From: an uncultured Myxococcales bacterium
GTDB lineage: Bacteria; Myxococcota; UBA727; JABDBI01
DNA: 64,000 nucleotides
Assembly (NCBI GenBank): GCA_964385015.1
Contig: CAYLLS010000001.1
Coordinates: 194,339-258,338 of the forward strand
Direction: 5' to 3'
A program made the translations under genes and the position numbers. Numbering within the stretch: the stretch's first letter is position 1; each line of letters opens with the position of its first letter. Shown here piece by piece: positions 42,342 through 51,653 of the stretch. The notes under the pieces are model-generated. The model was given only the letters and a program-made list of their open reading frames with translations. It was not told the origin of the DNA and ran no database searches.

Positions 42342-43050
42342 ATAATAATATTTTAGATATTATAATACTGATTTCATATAATATAATTAAAGGAATCGCT
42401 AATAAAATTTGTGTCATTGGATCAGGTGGAGTTAAAATAGCTCCAATGATAAATGATAATACAATCATGAATTTCCTATTTTTTTGTAATGTTAATATAT
42501 TAATGATTTTTAATTGTATTAATATCATAATTAATATTGGGACTTCAAAAATGCATCCAAAAATTAATAACATTTTAATTTCAAAATTAAATAACATATT
42601 AATGGAATAAGTTGGATGAATAGTAGAAGGCAATGTATGAATAAAAAAATTAAACATAATAGGAAAAATAATTAAATAACTAAATAAAATACCTGATATA
42701 AATAGTATTGTACCAAATACAATAAAAATAATTGAATAATATTGTTCTTGTTTATATAATCCTGGTGAAATAAATAACCAGATTTGAAATAACACCCAAG
42801 GAATAGATATGATGATACCGGTGACTATGGATATTTTTATTTGTGTGAAAAAATATTCTTGTGGTATTAATACTATAAATTTAGCAGAATTGCCTAAAAT
42901 ATTATTAATAGGTTTTCTTAATAATATTAAAATATCATCAGCAAAATATAAAGACATGATAGAACATATTATGATGCTAAATATGATTTTTATTAATGAT
43001 TGTCTTAGTTCTTTTAAATGTATTAATATTGAATATTTGTTTTTATCCAT
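42307..43050 (-). CDS. tatC: Twin-arginine translocase subunit TatC
   Basis: HLKELR, QIWLFISPGLY..E, FEVP, AILTPPDP.TQ.LLAIPL..LYE. Confidence 0.96.
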   Translation of the reverse strand: MDKNKYSILIHLKELRQSLIKIIFSIIICSIMSLYFADDILILLRKPINNILGNSAKFIVLIPQEYFFTQIKISIVTGIIISIPWVLFQIWLFISPGLYKQEQYYSIIFIVFGTILFISGILFSYLIIFPIMFNFFIHTLPSTIHPTYSINMLFNFEIKMLLIFGCIFEVPILIMILIQLKIINILTLQKNRKFMIVLSFIIGAILTPPDPMTQILLAIPLIILYEISIIISKILLFKSIYHINTKK

Positions 43051-43102
43051 ATTACTTTTTTGATTTTTATTTTGATTAAAAATATATCATAATATTTTTA
43101 TT

Positions 43103-43357
43103 TTATTTAAATTTATTTTTAATAATTTTTGATAAATATTTATTAGTTATTTTAGATGCATATGATTTAGTAGTTTTAGATGTATTGATAGTTTTTTCTA
43201 TATCATTTATAAGGTTTTGAAAATTAATTTTTAACTTATATAATTTTTTGTAATGTTGATTTATATTATTTAATATTTCAGGCCATTGTTCTGGTCTAAT
43301 AAATATTAAAATTGTGATAAATATAATTATTATTTCTAATATTCCTATATTTAACAT
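43103..43357 (-). CDS. tatB: Twin-arginine translocase TatA/TatB-family subunit
   Basis: MLNIGILEIIII...IRPEQWP (degenerate GPE.LP); directly upstream of tatC. Confidence 0.75.
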   Translation of the reverse strand: MLNIGILEIIIIFITILIFIRPEQWPEILNNINQHYKKLYKLKINFQNLINDIEKTINTSKTTKSYASKITNKYLSKIIKNKFK

Positions 43358-43377
43358 AAAGGTAGCTCCTTATATAA

Positions 43378-44253
43378 TTAATTTACATTAGAATTATGCC
43401 ATGTTAATAATGTGATAGGAATTTTAGGGAATTTTAATTTTGAGGATAATAATGATTTATTCAATGTATATGGATAATAAATTTGTTCTAAAGTTAATCC
43501 ATGAGATGATAAGGTATAACCTGTCAAATAACGTTTTCTATTATATAACATAGTTTTAATAAATTTAGGATTAATGTAATTTGAACCTATTTTTAGTAAT
43601 GTACTCACCATTATTTTAATCATATTATGACAAAATGCATTTCCTCTTATATCAAATTTTATAATATTATTAATTTTATAAATGTGAATATACCATAAAT
43701 AACGATAGGCATGTTGTGATATACATTTATGTGATCTGAATCCATTAAAATTATGTTCTCCTAATAAATATTGTGATGCTTGTTTCATTCTTATTAAATC
43801 AAGTTTTGTATTATAATATAAAATGTTATAAAAAATGTTTTTACATATAATATTATTGCTAATTCTATATATATATTTTTTCCCAATACTATGATATCTA
43901 GCATGAAATTTATTATATGCAATAAAGATTTTAGATATACATATATCCTTTGGCAATACATTATTTAAAATAATTTTTAACTTGTTTATACTTAATTTAG
44001 TGGTAAATGTGCATGAAATTATTTGTTGATTAGCATGTACTCCTGAATCAGTTCTGCCTCCAATGTATAATATAATATTTTTATTTACAATTTTATATAA
44101 TGCTTTTTTAACTTCTAATATAATAGTTGGTAATTGATATTGATATTCCAAACCATAATAATTAGCACCATTATATTGTATGCAAAAAATGTAAACATGT
44201 GTATTAGAATATTTATATTTGCAATTATTATATTGATGATTCATTAATATCAT
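43378..44253 (-). CDS. truA: tRNA pseudouridine(38-40) synthase
   Basis: QYNG..Y.G, GRTDSGVHA, FHARY, LGEHNF.GF, GNAFCHNMIK, GLTL. Confidence 0.94.
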   Translation of the reverse strand: MILMNHQYNNCKYKYSNTHVYIFCIQYNGANYYGLEYQYQLPTIILEVKKALYKIVNKNIILYIGGRTDSGVHANQQIISCTFTTKLSINKLKIILNNVLPKDICISKIFIAYNKFHARYHSIGKKYIYRISNNIICKNIFYNILYYNTKLDLIRMKQASQYLLGEHNFNGFRSHKCISQHAYRYLWYIHIYKINNIIKFDIRGNAFCHNMIKIMVSTLLKIGSNYINPKFIKTMLYNRKRYLTGYTLSSHGLTLEQIYYPYTLNKSLLSSKLKFPKIPITLLTWHNSNVN

Positions 44254-44621
44254 TGTTTATTAATATTAATAAATGATATTTTTAATTGATAAAGTATGTT
44301 GTCTATCATTTTGATTTCATTATTATCTAAGTTGCCTTTTGTTTTTTCTTTTAATAATTGTAATAAATCAATGCTTTCTTTAGCAATTTTTAAATTCACT
44401 TTTGTATTATTATTCTTTTTATCTTTTAATAATCCTAAAGCCATAAATGCTTGATGTGCTATGGAGCTAATAAACATAGAAAAATTAATATTTTGATTTT
44501 TTGATGTATTGTCTTTATTTATAGTATTGTTATTAGTATTATCTGTTGCTGTTTTTTTTATATTGTTTTTATTGATTTCATTAATATGATTATTGTTTTG
44601 TTGTTTTATATCATTAGTCAT
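44250..44621 (-). CDS. DUF1844-like protein
   Basis: INFSMFISSIAHQAFMALG...NLKIAKESIDLLQLLKEKTKGNL...LYQLK pattern; low-complexity N/K-rich N-terminus. Confidence 0.8.
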   Translation of the reverse strand: MTNDIKQQNNNHINEINKNNIKKTATDNTNNNTINKDNTSKNQNINFSMFISSIAHQAFMALGLLKDKKNNNTKVNLKIAKESIDLLQLLKEKTKGNLDNNEIKMIDNILYQLKISFININKQ

Positions 44622-44636
44622 GATTATGCCTTTGCA

Positions 44637-44789
44637 TTATTGTAGTTTATAAAGAATTTCACAATTAGTTTTTAAATCAGGCAATGATTTGATATATAAT
44701 TCTATATCTTTTTTAGTAATTTTTTTAGATTTTATATTTTTATCAATAATTCTTTTATCAAAAAGAAATGATTTTTTTTTATTGTCCAT
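44637..44789 (-). CDS. Small conserved hypothetical protein, 50 aa (not in ORF track)
   Basis: AGGTGA RBS, then MDNKKKSFLFDKRIIDKNIKSKKITKKDIELYIKSLPDLKTNCEILYKLQ-TAA; the FDxR...LPD pattern is recalled from small deltaproteobacterial hypotheticals. Confidence 0.7.
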   Translation of the reverse strand: MDNKKKSFLFDKRIIDKNIKSKKITKKDIELYIKSLPDLKTNCEILYKLQ

Positions 44790-44932
44790 TATTTCACCTA
44801 AAAATATTGTTTATTTATGATTATAGTATATAATATAATTTTATATAAGATATATTATGTATTATATTAATATATATATTATTTTGCAAATTATTTTATT
44901 AAAAAATTTATTTTGAGAGATTATGTATAATT

Positions 44933-45685
44933 ATGACTAAAATATTTAACTCTGCATTGGAAGCTATTTTTGATATAACAGATAATATGTCAATTATGTC
45001 AGGTGGGTTTGGATTATGTGGGAACCCTGAAAATTTAATTTTAGCAATAAAACAGAAAGGCATTAAAAATATAAAATTAATATCTAATAATTGTGGTACT
45101 GCTGATTATGGATTAGGCATATTATTAAAAAACAAGCAAATCAAAAAAATATATGCTAGTTATGTTGGTGAGAATAATGAATTTGAACATCAATTTTTAA
45201 CTGGACATTTAGAGGTAGAATTAATTCCACAAGGAACATTAGCTGAAAAAATACGTGCTGGAGGTGCAGGTATCCCTGCATTTTTTACATCAACTGGAGT
45301 TGATACTCAAGTTATGAATGGAGGAATACCAATATTATTTGATAAAAATGGAGCAATTATTAAAAAAAGTAAAAAAAAAGAAATGCGTATAATTCAAAAT
45401 AAAAAATATATATTAGAGGAATCTTTAATTGCAGATATAGCTATTATTAAAGCACATGTAGCTGATACATTTGGAAATTTGATTTTTCATAAGACAACTA
45501 ATAATTTTTCTGCTGCTATGTGTGCAGCAGCTAAATTAACTATTGTAGAAACTGAAAAAATAGTACATAAAGGTGAATTAAATCCTAATCATATACATGT
45601 TCCAGGAATTTATGTGAATCGAATTATATTAGGTAAAAAGTATAAAAAAGTTATAGAAAAAAGGACTGTTATTAACATTTTATAA
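44933..45685 (+). CDS. scoA: 3-oxoacid CoA-transferase subunit A (SCOT-type)
   Basis: [50 protein letters not shown]. Confidence 0.93.
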   Translation: MTKIFNSALEAIFDITDNMSIMSGGFGLCGNPENLILAIKQKGIKNIKLISNNCGTADYGLGILLKNKQIKKIYASYVGENNEFEHQFLTGHLEVELIPQGTLAEKIRAGGAGIPAFFTSTGVDTQVMNGGIPILFDKNGAIIKKSKKKEMRIIQNKKYILEESLIADIAIIKAHVADTFGNLIFHKTTNNFSAAMCAAAKLTIVETEKIVHKGELNPNHIHVPGIYVNRIILGKKYKKVIEKRTVINIL

Positions 45686-45702
45686 ATACAAAGGTATCAA
45701 AT

Positions 45703-46362
45703 ATGCCATTGAATAGAAAAGAAATTGCTAAGAGAGTAGCATTAGAATTAAAAAATAAAGATATTGTAAATCTTGGAATAGGCATTCCTACTTTAGTTGC
45801 TAATTATATCCCAACAAATATTGAAGTAATGATTCAGAGTGAAAATGGTATTTTGGGTGTAGGTTTATATCCTTATATAGGAAATGAAGATGCAGATTTG
45901 ATTAATGCAGGAAAAGAAACAGTGACTATAGTAAAAGGTGGTTCTTTTTTTTCTTCAGTTGATTCATTTGCTATGATTCGTGGTGGACATATTAATGTAA
46001 CTGTTTTAGGTGCTATGGAAGTTTCAGAATATGGAGACATTGCTAATTGGATGATACCTGGAAAAATGGTTAAGGGAATGGGTGGTGCTATGGATTTAGT
46101 ATCTTCTAATTCTAAAGTTATTGTAGCTATGGAACATATAAATAAAAATGGTTCATTAAAAATTTTATCCAAATGTAATTTACCATTAACTGGTAAACAT
46201 TGTGTAGATATGATTATAACTGATTTGGCTGTATTTAAAGTTAATAAACAACATGGATTACTATTAATTGAACGTTTCCATAATATGGATATAGACTATA
46301 TTAAGAGTAAAACAGGTGCAAATTTTAATATATCAGATCAGTTAAAAGATATATGTATATAA
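45703..46362 (+). CDS. scoB: 3-oxoacid CoA-transferase subunit B
   Basis: [10 protein letters not shown], catalytic [26 protein letters not shown]. Confidence 0.94.
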   Translation: MPLNRKEIAKRVALELKNKDIVNLGIGIPTLVANYIPTNIEVMIQSENGILGVGLYPYIGNEDADLINAGKETVTIVKGGSFFSSVDSFAMIRGGHINVTVLGAMEVSEYGDIANWMIPGKMVKGMGGAMDLVSSNSKVIVAMEHINKNGSLKILSKCNLPLTGKHCVDMIITDLAVFKVNKQHGLLLIERFHNMDIDYIKSKTGANFNISDQLKDICI

Positions 46363-46429
46363 TATTATTGTATATTAAATATAAATTTATCATAAAAGAC
46401 ATTAACACAAACATTTATTTTTATTACAT

Positions 46430-48193
46430 TTACATATGTGTATGTGTGTTTATGCCTAAAATTTTAAAAGCATTATCAAGTGTTTGTTTAATAGCTTTAA
46501 TTAAAAATAATCTTGCTTTAGTTAATTGATGATTATTAGAAATAATTTTATTAAATTTTTTGTATGTTGTGTAGTAATAATTAAAATCAGATATAATTTC
46601 TTGACAATAATAAATGATTTTATGGGGTTCATATTTATGTTCAGCATCTTGTATGCAATGTGTAAAAACAGAAATTTTAAGAATTATTTTTTTCTCTATA
46701 TTTAAAGTTAATAAATTTAACATATTTTGAGTTAATTCTTTAATGTGATAGGTAATATTTAATTCAGATGCTTTATTTAGTAAAGTTGCCATTCTAGCAT
46801 ATCCGTATTGCAAATAAAATATAGGATTTTTATTATTATTTTGTTCAATTAATGTTAAATTAAATTCAAATTGTGCATTAGCTGGTTTCATTAAAAATAT
46901 AAGTCTAGCTGCGTCAACTCCAATTTTTTTTATTAATTCAGATAATAAATACATATTATTATCTCTTTTAGATATTTTAATTTTTTTTTTGTCTCGCATT
47001 AAATTGACAATTTGTACAATAATAAAATGTATTTTTTTATGATTTATATATAAAGCCTGTAATCCTGATTGAATTTTATTCATATGTCCAACATGATCTG
47101 CTCCAAAAATATTAACAATATTGTCAAAGTTTCTTTGTATTTTATGTTGATGATATGCTAAATCTGAAATTAAATAATCAGAACCACCATTTTTTTTAAT
47201 AATAATTCTATCTTCTGAATCACCGAATTTAGATGTTTGTAAAAATAATCCACCAAATTGTTTATAAGAATATTTTGCTGATTTGCTTGTGTTTCTTCTT
47301 GATTTTTTAATTATATTTCTAGTTTGTTTAGCAAAATATAGTAATTTGTATTTATGATATAAATTAATTAATTTAATTATATGATGTTTTACATGTAGTG
47401 TTTTTTCAGAAAACCAATTGTTTATATGAATATTTATTTTTTTTAGATCTTTTTTTATATTATTTAAATTTTCTTTGATACCTATATTAATACATATAGG
47501 CAACCATATTCTTTTAGAAACATGTAATAACATGTTATTATATTGATTTTTTAATTTCTTAACAATATTTATAATATGATCTCCTGAATATGTGTTATGC
47601 ATACTGTTTATTTTCATATTATATGAAGATAGATAATGATAATATATACTAGATCCTAAATCATTAATTTGATTGCCACAATCATTTATATAAAATTCTT
47701 TAATTACATTACATCCAATAAATGAATAAATATTAGCTAAAACATCACCTAGAAAAGCACCTCTAGCATGTCCTATATGCAATGGGCCTGTTGGATTTGC
47801 AGAAATAAACTCTATTAATATATTATGTTTGTTTAATTTATAACTTCCATATTTGTGCTTTAATATTAGGGCTTTAATAATAAATGATGATAAATATATA
47901 TTAGAAATTTTAATATTAATAAATCCAGGTTGTTTAAATTGAATTTTTTTTATAATTTTGAAAGGATCGTTAATGTTATTAAGTAATAGTATAGCTATAT
48001 ATGTTACATTTTTATTTGTAATTTTACTTAATATCATAGCTATATTGCAATTAAAATCTCCGAATAGTTCATATTTTGATATTTCAATTGTAAATAAAAA
48101 TTTATTAATATTAATATATTGAAATATATGATATTTCTTTATTATATTTTTTAATGTGTTAATAAAAATATTGGAAATGGTATCTTTAATCAT
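46430..48193 (-). CDS. argS: Arginine--tRNA ligase
   Basis: GFIN, EFISANPTGPLHIGHARGA, DLAYH, GADH, ISKR, YLQYGYAR, DALR domain. Confidence 0.96.
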   Translation of the reverse strand: MIKDTISNIFINTLKNIIKKYHIFQYININKFLFTIEISKYELFGDFNCNIAMILSKITNKNVTYIAILLLNNINDPFKIIKKIQFKQPGFINIKISNIYLSSFIIKALILKHKYGSYKLNKHNILIEFISANPTGPLHIGHARGAFLGDVLANIYSFIGCNVIKEFYINDCGNQINDLGSSIYYHYLSSYNMKINSMHNTYSGDHIINIVKKLKNQYNNMLLHVSKRIWLPICINIGIKENLNNIKKDLKKINIHINNWFSEKTLHVKHHIIKLINLYHKYKLLYFAKQTRNIIKKSRRNTSKSAKYSYKQFGGLFLQTSKFGDSEDRIIIKKNGGSDYLISDLAYHQHKIQRNFDNIVNIFGADHVGHMNKIQSGLQALYINHKKIHFIIVQIVNLMRDKKKIKISKRDNNMYLLSELIKKIGVDAARLIFLMKPANAQFEFNLTLIEQNNNKNPIFYLQYGYARMATLLNKASELNITYHIKELTQNMLNLLTLNIEKKIILKISVFTHCIQDAEHKYEPHKIIYYCQEIISDFNYYYTTYKKFNKIISNNHQLTKARLFLIKAIKQTLDNAFKILGINTHTHM

Positions 48194-48329
48194 ATTTAAG
48201 ACGTAAACCTCATTTAATTAGTTTATATTATTATTTTTGTATTAATGATTATAAATCATATGTTTTTTTTATATAATATGTTAATTTATAAAATTATAAG
48301 ATTATTAAGTCATGCAGAATTAAACATCA

Positions 48330-48941
48330 ATGAATATAATATGTAAATTAAAACAAAATATGCGTTATAACATGATAAATGTTATTAATAAATTAGATAA
48401 TAAAAAATTATTGCTTTTTGAGAAAAAAAACACACAACATTTATTATATTGGTTACATAATAAATTTTCACATAATATTCATGTTGCTTTGTTTGCTAAT
48501 TTAAACAATGAAATAGGCACAAGACAGTTAGATTTTTATATGATGAAGTCTAATATTAATAGATATTTACCAATAATGAAAAAAAATATTTATTCATTAG
48601 GGAAAATACCTGATCATAAAAATTGTCAAAATTTAGATAAGGGATATTTAAATATTCCAAATCCTCCTGAACACACATTAAACATTAATTTTTCTGATGT
48701 AGATATTTTAATTATTCCAGGATTAGCATTTGATATTTATGGCAATAGATTAGGAAGAGGCAAAGGATATTACGATAGATCTATGAAAGATATTAAATTA
48801 AAAAATAAAAAATTAATAAAATTAGGATTAGCTTTTGATTGTCAGATTGTAGATTTTATCCCAACTAATGCTTATGATCAGAATGTAGATTATTTTTGCA
48901 CTCCTAATTATGGTGTAAAAAAAACAAATATAATTTCTTAA
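48330..48941 (+). CDS. ygfA: 5-formyltetrahydrofolate cyclo-ligase
   Basis: DILIIPGLAFD..GNRLGRGKGYYDR, GLAFDCQIV, YDQNVD. Confidence 0.93.
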   Translation: MNIICKLKQNMRYNMINVINKLDNKKLLLFEKKNTQHLLYWLHNKFSHNIHVALFANLNNEIGTRQLDFYMMKSNINRYLPIMKKNIYSLGKIPDHKNCQNLDKGYLNIPNPPEHTLNINFSDVDILIIPGLAFDIYGNRLGRGKGYYDRSMKDIKLKNKKLIKLGLAFDCQIVDFIPTNAYDQNVDYFCTPNYGVKKTNIIS

Positions 48942-48966
48942 TTTATATATTAAATATGATACTTGT

Positions 48967-50193
48967 ATGAATATTAATAAAATAATAACTATATTAATGC
49001 GTGGTGTAATGCAAATTAATGTTAAAAAAGAATTTAAAGAAAAAATTTTTTTTAGTTATAAAAATAAAAAACCGTTATTAATTAAAATTGGATTTGATCC
49101 GACTACTGCTGATTTGCATTTAGGGCATTCTGTATTATTAATCAAAGCAAAACAATTTCAAAATTTTGGACATAATGTTGTTATAGTTATAGGTGACTTT
49201 ACAGCTAAAATAGGAGATCCAACAAATAAAACTAATACAAGATCTTTTATATCTGATAATAATATTCTTATAAATTGCAAACAATATATAAAGCAAATAT
49301 TATCTATATTAAATCCTATACAAACATTTATTAGATTTAATTCTACTTGGTTAAAACCAATGAATTTATCTAAATTTATTATCTTAGCATCTAAGTGTTC
49401 AATAATGCAAATATTAGAACGAGATGATTTTAAAATTCGTTTACAACACAATAAATCTATTGGTTTGCATGAAGTCTTATATCCATTAATGCAAGGGTAT
49501 GATTCTGTTATATTAAAACCTGATATTGAAATAGGTGGAAATGATCAGTTATTTAATTTATTTATTGGTAGACAATTGATGAAATGTTATAATATAAAAC
49601 CACAATGCATTATAATGATGCCATTATTAGAAGGGATTAATGCTAAAATAATTAAAAATAAAATTGTTGGTGATAAAATGTCTAGTTCTTTAAATAATTA
49701 TATATCATTAAAGCATGATGCAGATACACAATTTGGTAAAATTATGAGTATTTCTGATAATTTAATGTGGAGATATTATGAATTATTATCTTCAAAATCT
49801 CAAAGTGAAATAAATGAATTAAAACTTGGAAATTTAAAAAAAGCAAAGGAAATTTTAGCTATTGACATTATAACACAATATCATGATATGAAATCTGCCA
49901 TGCAAGCTAAAAAAAAATTTAATATTTTATTTGGGCCCTTATCAAAGAATCAAATACCTATTAACGCACCAAAATTTTTATTGAAATTAAATAAACATAC
50001 TGATATTACGATTATATATATAATGAATAAATTTTTTTCTTACTCTAATAGTATGTCAAAAAGGTTAATTAGACAACAGTCGGTAAAAATAAATGGAATT
50101 ACTATACGTAATATAAAATATGCATTTACTATAGGTGAATATATTTTAAAAATTGGTAAAAAACGTTATGGGAAATTGATAGTTCAATTATAA
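48967..50193 (+). CDS. tyrS: Tyrosine--tRNA ligase (bacterial type 2)
   Basis: GFDPT.ADLHLGH, IGDFTA.IGDP, YPLMQGYDS, GG.DQLFN, KMSSS, C-terminal S4 domain ending IGKKR. Confidence 0.97.
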   Translation: MNINKIITILMRGVMQINVKKEFKEKIFFSYKNKKPLLIKIGFDPTTADLHLGHSVLLIKAKQFQNFGHNVVIVIGDFTAKIGDPTNKTNTRSFISDNNILINCKQYIKQILSILNPIQTFIRFNSTWLKPMNLSKFIILASKCSIMQILERDDFKIRLQHNKSIGLHEVLYPLMQGYDSVILKPDIEIGGNDQLFNLFIGRQLMKCYNIKPQCIIMMPLLEGINAKIIKNKIVGDKMSSSLNNYISLKHDADTQFGKIMSISDNLMWRYYELLSSKSQSEINELKLGNLKKAKEILAIDIITQYHDMKSAMQAKKKFNILFGPLSKNQIPINAPKFLLKLNKHTDITIIYIMNKFFSYSNSMSKRLIRQQSVKINGITIRNIKYAFTIGEYILKIGKKRYGKLIVQL

Positions 50194-50216
50194 TATATAT
50201 AATTAATATAAAAAAT

Positions 50217-51461
50217 CTATCTAATTAGTGAAAAACAACGTCTCCATCTGATTTCAGGTATTTTAAAATTACTAAATTCAATCAAATTATTAGCATTGTT
50301 AACACTTGCCCATAAACATATTGCTTTGCCCTTTACCATGTTAATAGGTAATGCACCCCAAAACCTACTATCTAATGAATTCCCTCTATTGTCACCAATA
50401 ACAAATAAAAAACCATCATTTACAGTACATATTTTATTATTGCAAGATATGCCTGGCATATCATTGTTGTTATTAATTGGCCATGATTTCTCATATAAAA
50501 AACGATTATGTGGCGGGCTATGTAATATATGATGTTTTATATTGTTTATAACTTCTATATTTGTAAATCCTATATATGCATTCCAAAAATTTTTGTTTTG
50601 TTGTAAACAGTAATTTGTATAATTCATATATTGATCTATCATAATATGTGAGTATGCTTTGTTATTAACGTATATAACAGTATCTTTAATGTAAATTTTA
50701 TCTCCTGGACATGCTATTACTCTTTTAATCCAATTTTGGCCTGCATGTTGTGAATTAATATAATAAGGGGCTTGAAATACAATAACATCTCCTGCTTTTG
50801 GAGTAGACCATCTAAATAAATAAGATGATATTTTAGAAAATGGATTTAATAATCCATATCTTAATTTAAATGCAAATAAATGATCGCCTATTAATAGTGT
50901 AGGCATCATAGAACTAGATGGTATTTGGAACGCTTCTAAACATATACTCTTAATTGATATTATTAATATAATACATGCAATTAGAGAATATATATTTTTT
51001 TTTGTATAATAATTATTTTGTTTATTTTTACCATATAATGATATTATATAAATTAAATTATTTAATTCTACAATTTTATTATTTTGTTTTATAGTATTAA
51101 AATTTATATCTAAATCAATATCTTTAATTAAACAATTTAATTTATCAAAATTTAATTGCATATTTGTATTATATATATTGTTTTTAGAAAATTGTTCTAT
51201 ATATTTTGTTTTATTTAATAAAAGATGTTTGCCATTACGTAATGTTTTATATATTGATTTATTATAATAGTTTAAACACAAAGAATCTATATATTTTCCC
51301 ATTTTAATAGTTGCATAATATATTGACATTATAGATAAAATTATTATTAATATAATATTTTGTAATAATTGCTCATATTGATATATTAATCCCCATAATA
51401 TATTTAATATTAGCATATTTAATATAAATGCAATGCATGTGCCAATTGTATATTTCTTCAT
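50217..51461 (-). CDS. lepB: Signal peptidase I with long N-terminal extension
   Basis: FQIPSSSMMPTLLIGD, GDVIVF, WIKRVIACPGD, FVIGDNRGNSLDSRFWG, IRWRR. Confidence 0.95.
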   Translation of the reverse strand: MKKYTIGTCIAFILNMLILNILWGLIYQYEQLLQNIILIIILSIMSIYYATIKMGKYIDSLCLNYYNKSIYKTLRNGKHLLLNKTKYIEQFSKNNIYNTNMQLNFDKLNCLIKDIDLDINFNTIKQNNKIVELNNLIYIISLYGKNKQNNYYTKKNIYSLIACIILIISIKSICLEAFQIPSSSMMPTLLIGDHLFAFKLRYGLLNPFSKISSYLFRWSTPKAGDVIVFQAPYYINSQHAGQNWIKRVIACPGDKIYIKDTVIYVNNKAYSHIMIDQYMNYTNYCLQQNKNFWNAYIGFTNIEVINNIKHHILHSPPHNRFLYEKSWPINNNNDMPGISCNNKICTVNDGFLFVIGDNRGNSLDSRFWGALPINMVKGKAICLWASVNNANNLIEFSNFKIPEIRWRRCFSLIR

Positions 51462-51653
51462 ATCTAGCTCCTTATATAATTCAAGAAAATTATATCTTGT
51501 ATATTATATTTTTATTTAATATATATGGTCATATATATTGAATAAAAATATTATCATGTTTATTTTTTTTTTAAAAAAGAAATTTTTCTATTGCAATGAT
51601 GATTTTCTTATGAGATATGTCTTTGTTTCAATTTTAATTTTATATGGTGAATT

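Noticed and set aside
48194-48329. 6S RNA upstream of ygfA
   Set aside because: The spacer is only 136 nt, nearly pure AT, and shows no long rod-like pairing
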